A stretch of 5,700 nt of DNA from positions 1 through 5,700 of IMG/VR virus record IMGVR_UViG_3300017732_001625; one strand, given 5' to 3'. Position 1 is the first letter of the stretch, and each line of letters begins with the position of its first letter. The notes below the pieces were generated by a model that searched no databases, was not told the origin of the DNA, and worked only from the letters and a program-made list of their open reading frames with translations. Below, piece after piece: positions 3,829-5,700 of this stretch. Source of the DNA: a virus. The position numbers and the translations under genes are program-made.

Positions 3829-5700
3829 TTATAAGTTAGGTATTGTTTTAGCACTCATTTTTCTTCTTGCCGTCATATTTAAGCCAATTTGTACCCAAAA
3901 ATTCTGACTATCTAATGCGCTTTGTGCAAAGATATTATTGTATAATGAAGGGTCTATATATGTTGTTAAATCTTCTATCCCTTGGTCACTGTTTTTATAC
4001 CTTCTATTTAATGTCATAAACATCTCCTTTGTTTCTATAGCAAAGTTTCCTCTTGTCACATTAACATTTGTCATGTAGTTAATCCATGCCGGTTGTTTAC
4101 CCGCTGAACTATATGTTACATCTCCATTATTTTCTATTACTGTATCTTGCCAACTTAATTGGTCTGTTACTAAATCTTGCCATCCTATCTGACTTAGTTG
4201 AGGTTTATGGAAATCATTCATAGTTTTTAAATTCATGTTCCATTTATTACCTTGACTTGTGTCTATTCTTGGCGTTAATGATACTATTCCTATTAAGAAT
4301 GAAGGCTCTGAGCATTTTATACTCATTCTTCCACCTTTATGTTTTCCCGTCAATTTTCCTCTTCCTGCTAATGTTCCTAGTGGTTGACTTTCATTATCTA
4401 CTAATGTGTCACTATTTGATACTACTTCTTGAAATGCTAGTTCTTTTATTAGACTTCCATGATATACCGGGCTTTCTACACTCTTTGCTCTTTCATGCGT
4501 ATATACTGCATCTAACCAATCGTCATAACTTCCTCCACTTACTGCTATTCTGTTTAACATATCATATACTTTCTGACTTAAGTTCAGCGCATCCATTTTT
4601 ACTACATCATCACCTATTGAGTTTTGCACCACTGCTACAGCAGATTTCTCCCCTACTCCGTTTGTTCCGTCTATCCATTCTGTAGATATCCAATTGTTAA
4701 ATAAGTCGCTTTGATATGTTTTTAATCCTAATCCTTCTTGTCCACTTTTACAATATGCGTTTTCATAATCTCCACTATCTGCTCCGTTTACTGTATCTAA
4801 AGGGGGGCCATATGGCGCTTGACTAGTATAGTCTAAATTAAAAGCAGCTGGACTTGCTACTGCTTGTAATATATCCTCTTTCATTTCATCTATATTCGTT
4901 AGAGGAAATCTTTTTACCTGTGGGATTCCTGTTCCCGGTTCAATTATATTTTCTACTACTGTTCCATTTGTTAACGTACATGTATAGTTACCTTGTGGAC
5001 TTGCTTGGTAACCTGTACAATATATTCCTCCACCTGCTGTACCTGTTTGTGTCCATATTACACTACTGAACATATCTGTTATATTTATTAATGACCCTGC
5101 TACATTTATTTGTATATTATTTGGATTCGGTTCTCCTTCTACATCTCCTGAATTATACCATGAACATATTATAAGTAATGTAGTATTATTCCCTAAGTTT
5201 ACTGCTGCACCTCCTGCTGACGATATACTTGTATATGACCCTGTGTTACTATTTATCATTCCTGCTCCACTTGTTTCCCATTCATTACTCCAATCATTTT
5301 GATGAATATAATATCCGTTTTCTTCAGATAAATTTGCATAATATTGCTTATAAATTTCCCAATATCCCAGATATGGTACTGCATTAAATTTTCTAGTAAC
5401 ATCACCTAGCCTATCGTTATATGTTCTTCCTAAACCTCTTATATTTAAGTAACTAAATATACTACTTGGGTTTACTTGCATATTATCATTTATATTGTTT
5501 GGGTCATATTGTCCTACCATTTCCATTTGAGGTAGTTTTATTTCTCCCATGTCCATACCTATGTTCAGCATATTCATATGTAATTTCCCTTGGTATAATC
5601 TTATTGGACATTCGAACACATCTAATTGCACTTTATAACTCCCGAATAATGGCCCTACTGTTGGCAATGTTTTCACATCGCATTCTAGGTCTATATTCCA
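3829..5700 (-). CDS. VP1: Major capsid protein VP1, main body. It is open to the window edge; the true start is ATG 291 via the circular junction, total about 679 aa.
   Basis: It is the largest ORF, and the frame stays open upstream of 5676 (WNIDLECD) to base 5700. Recognisable Microviridae VP1 blocks include PTVGPLFGSYKVQLDVFECPIRLY, AVPYLGYWEIYKQYYAN, GLGLKTYQSDLFNNW, PLGTLAGRG and FLIGIVSLTPR. The stop is TAA at 3829..3831. The 'M' at 5676 in the track is a GTG codon (cac at 5674..5676 on the given strand) inside the frame, not the real start. Confidence 0.95.
   Translation of the reverse strand, partial: WNIDLECDVKTLPTVGPLFGSYKVQLDVFECPIRLYQGKLHMNMLNIGMDMGEIKLPQMEMVGQYDPNNINDNMQVNPSSIFSYLNIRGLGRTYNDRLGDVTRKFNAVPYLGYWEIYKQYYANLSEENGYYIHQNDWSNEWETSGAGMINSNTGSYTSISSAGGAAVNLGNNTTLLIICSWYNSGDVEGEPNPNNIQINVAGSLINITDMFSSVIWTQTGTAGGGIYCTGYQASPQGNYTCTLTNGTVVENIIEPGTGIPQVKRFPLTNIDEMKEDILQAVASPAAFNLDYTSQAPYGPPLDTVNGADSGDYENAYCKSGQEGLGLKTYQSDLFNNWISTEWIDGTNGVGEKSAVAVVQNSIGDDVVKMDALNLSQKVYDMLNRIAVSGGSYDDWLDAVYTHERAKSVESPVYHGSLIKELAFQEVVSNSDTLVDNESQPLGTLAGRGKLTGKHKGGRMSIKCSEPSFLIGIVSLTPRIDTSQGNKWNMNLKTMNDFHKPQLSQIGWQDLVTDQLSWQDTVIENNGDVTYSSAGKQPAWINYMTNVNVTRGNFAIETKEMFMTLNRRYKNSDQGIEDLTTYIDPSLYNNIFAQSALDSQNFWVQIGLNMTARRKMSAKTIPNL
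5578..5700. repeat. Terminal direct repeat, copy 2 (identical to 1..123)
   Basis: Same comparison as for copy 1. The match runs to the last base of the window. Confidence 0.97.

Noticed and set aside
537-5069. Nine plus-strand ORFs in the track (537..881, 1694..1876, 1750..2013, 1809..2117, 2337..2726, 2898..3095, 3602..3907, 4257..4685, 4854..5069)
   Set aside because: All lie antisense to well-supported minus-strand genes. They are dominated by F/L/S/Y/I low-complexity sequence, and they are expected by-products of an A-poor strand where TAA/TAG/TGA stops are rare. None has a recognisable motif, and several overlap one another in different frames.
5674-5676. Start codon of the 615-aa ORF as listed in the track (M at 5676)
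   Set aside because: The codon is GTG inside an open frame that continues to the window edge and, through the 123-nt wrap, to ATG 291 with a stop just upstream. It is an artefact of linearisation, not the VP1 start.
1-5700. Integrase, transposase, tRNA, toxin-antitoxin or defence/anti-defence genes
   Set aside because: No ORF shows catalytic motifs of these families, there is no tRNA-like cloverleaf in the non-coding regions, and the genome is too small and fully accounted for by phage genes plus small ORFans.

Overview
The window is one complete circular genome of a small ssDNA phage (family Microviridae, VP1/VP2/VP4 type, closer to Gokushovirinae/Alpavirinae than to phiX-like) plus a short wrap-around. 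Bases 1..123 are identical to 5578..5700, so the unit length is 5577 nt. All credible genes lie on the minus strand, so the given strand is the complement of the coding strand. By Microviridae convention it is therefore also the complement of the packaged strand. Gene order on the coding strand is: non-coding control region (1291..1095), four small ORFans (69, 76, 68 and 101 aa, partly overlapping), major capsid protein VP1, a 120-aa VP3-like protein, a GC-rich terminator-like hairpin, a 57-aa ORF missing from the ORF track, DNA pilot protein VP2, and rolling-circle Rep VP4. VP1 is split by the linearisation point: it starts at ATG 291, runs through position 1 (=5578) and stops at 3829, giving about 679 aa. 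Genes are tightly packed, with ATGA and TAATG stop/start overlaps, and no Shine-Dalgarno motifs precede any start. The given strand is strongly T-rich and A-poor, which explains the many long F/L/S/Y-rich plus-strand ORFs in the track; I treat all of them as antisense artefacts. The most interesting items are: (a) a 28-nt dif-like candidate XerC/XerD site in the only sizeable non-coding region, which hints at an integrase-free temperate lifestyle; (b) the four-ORF overlapping ORFan module upstream of VP1, where unassigned functions such as lysis, DNA condensation or host takeover may sit; (c) structured GC-rich islands in an otherwise AT-rich genome. All homology statements come from recognising motifs by eye; no database search was possible.
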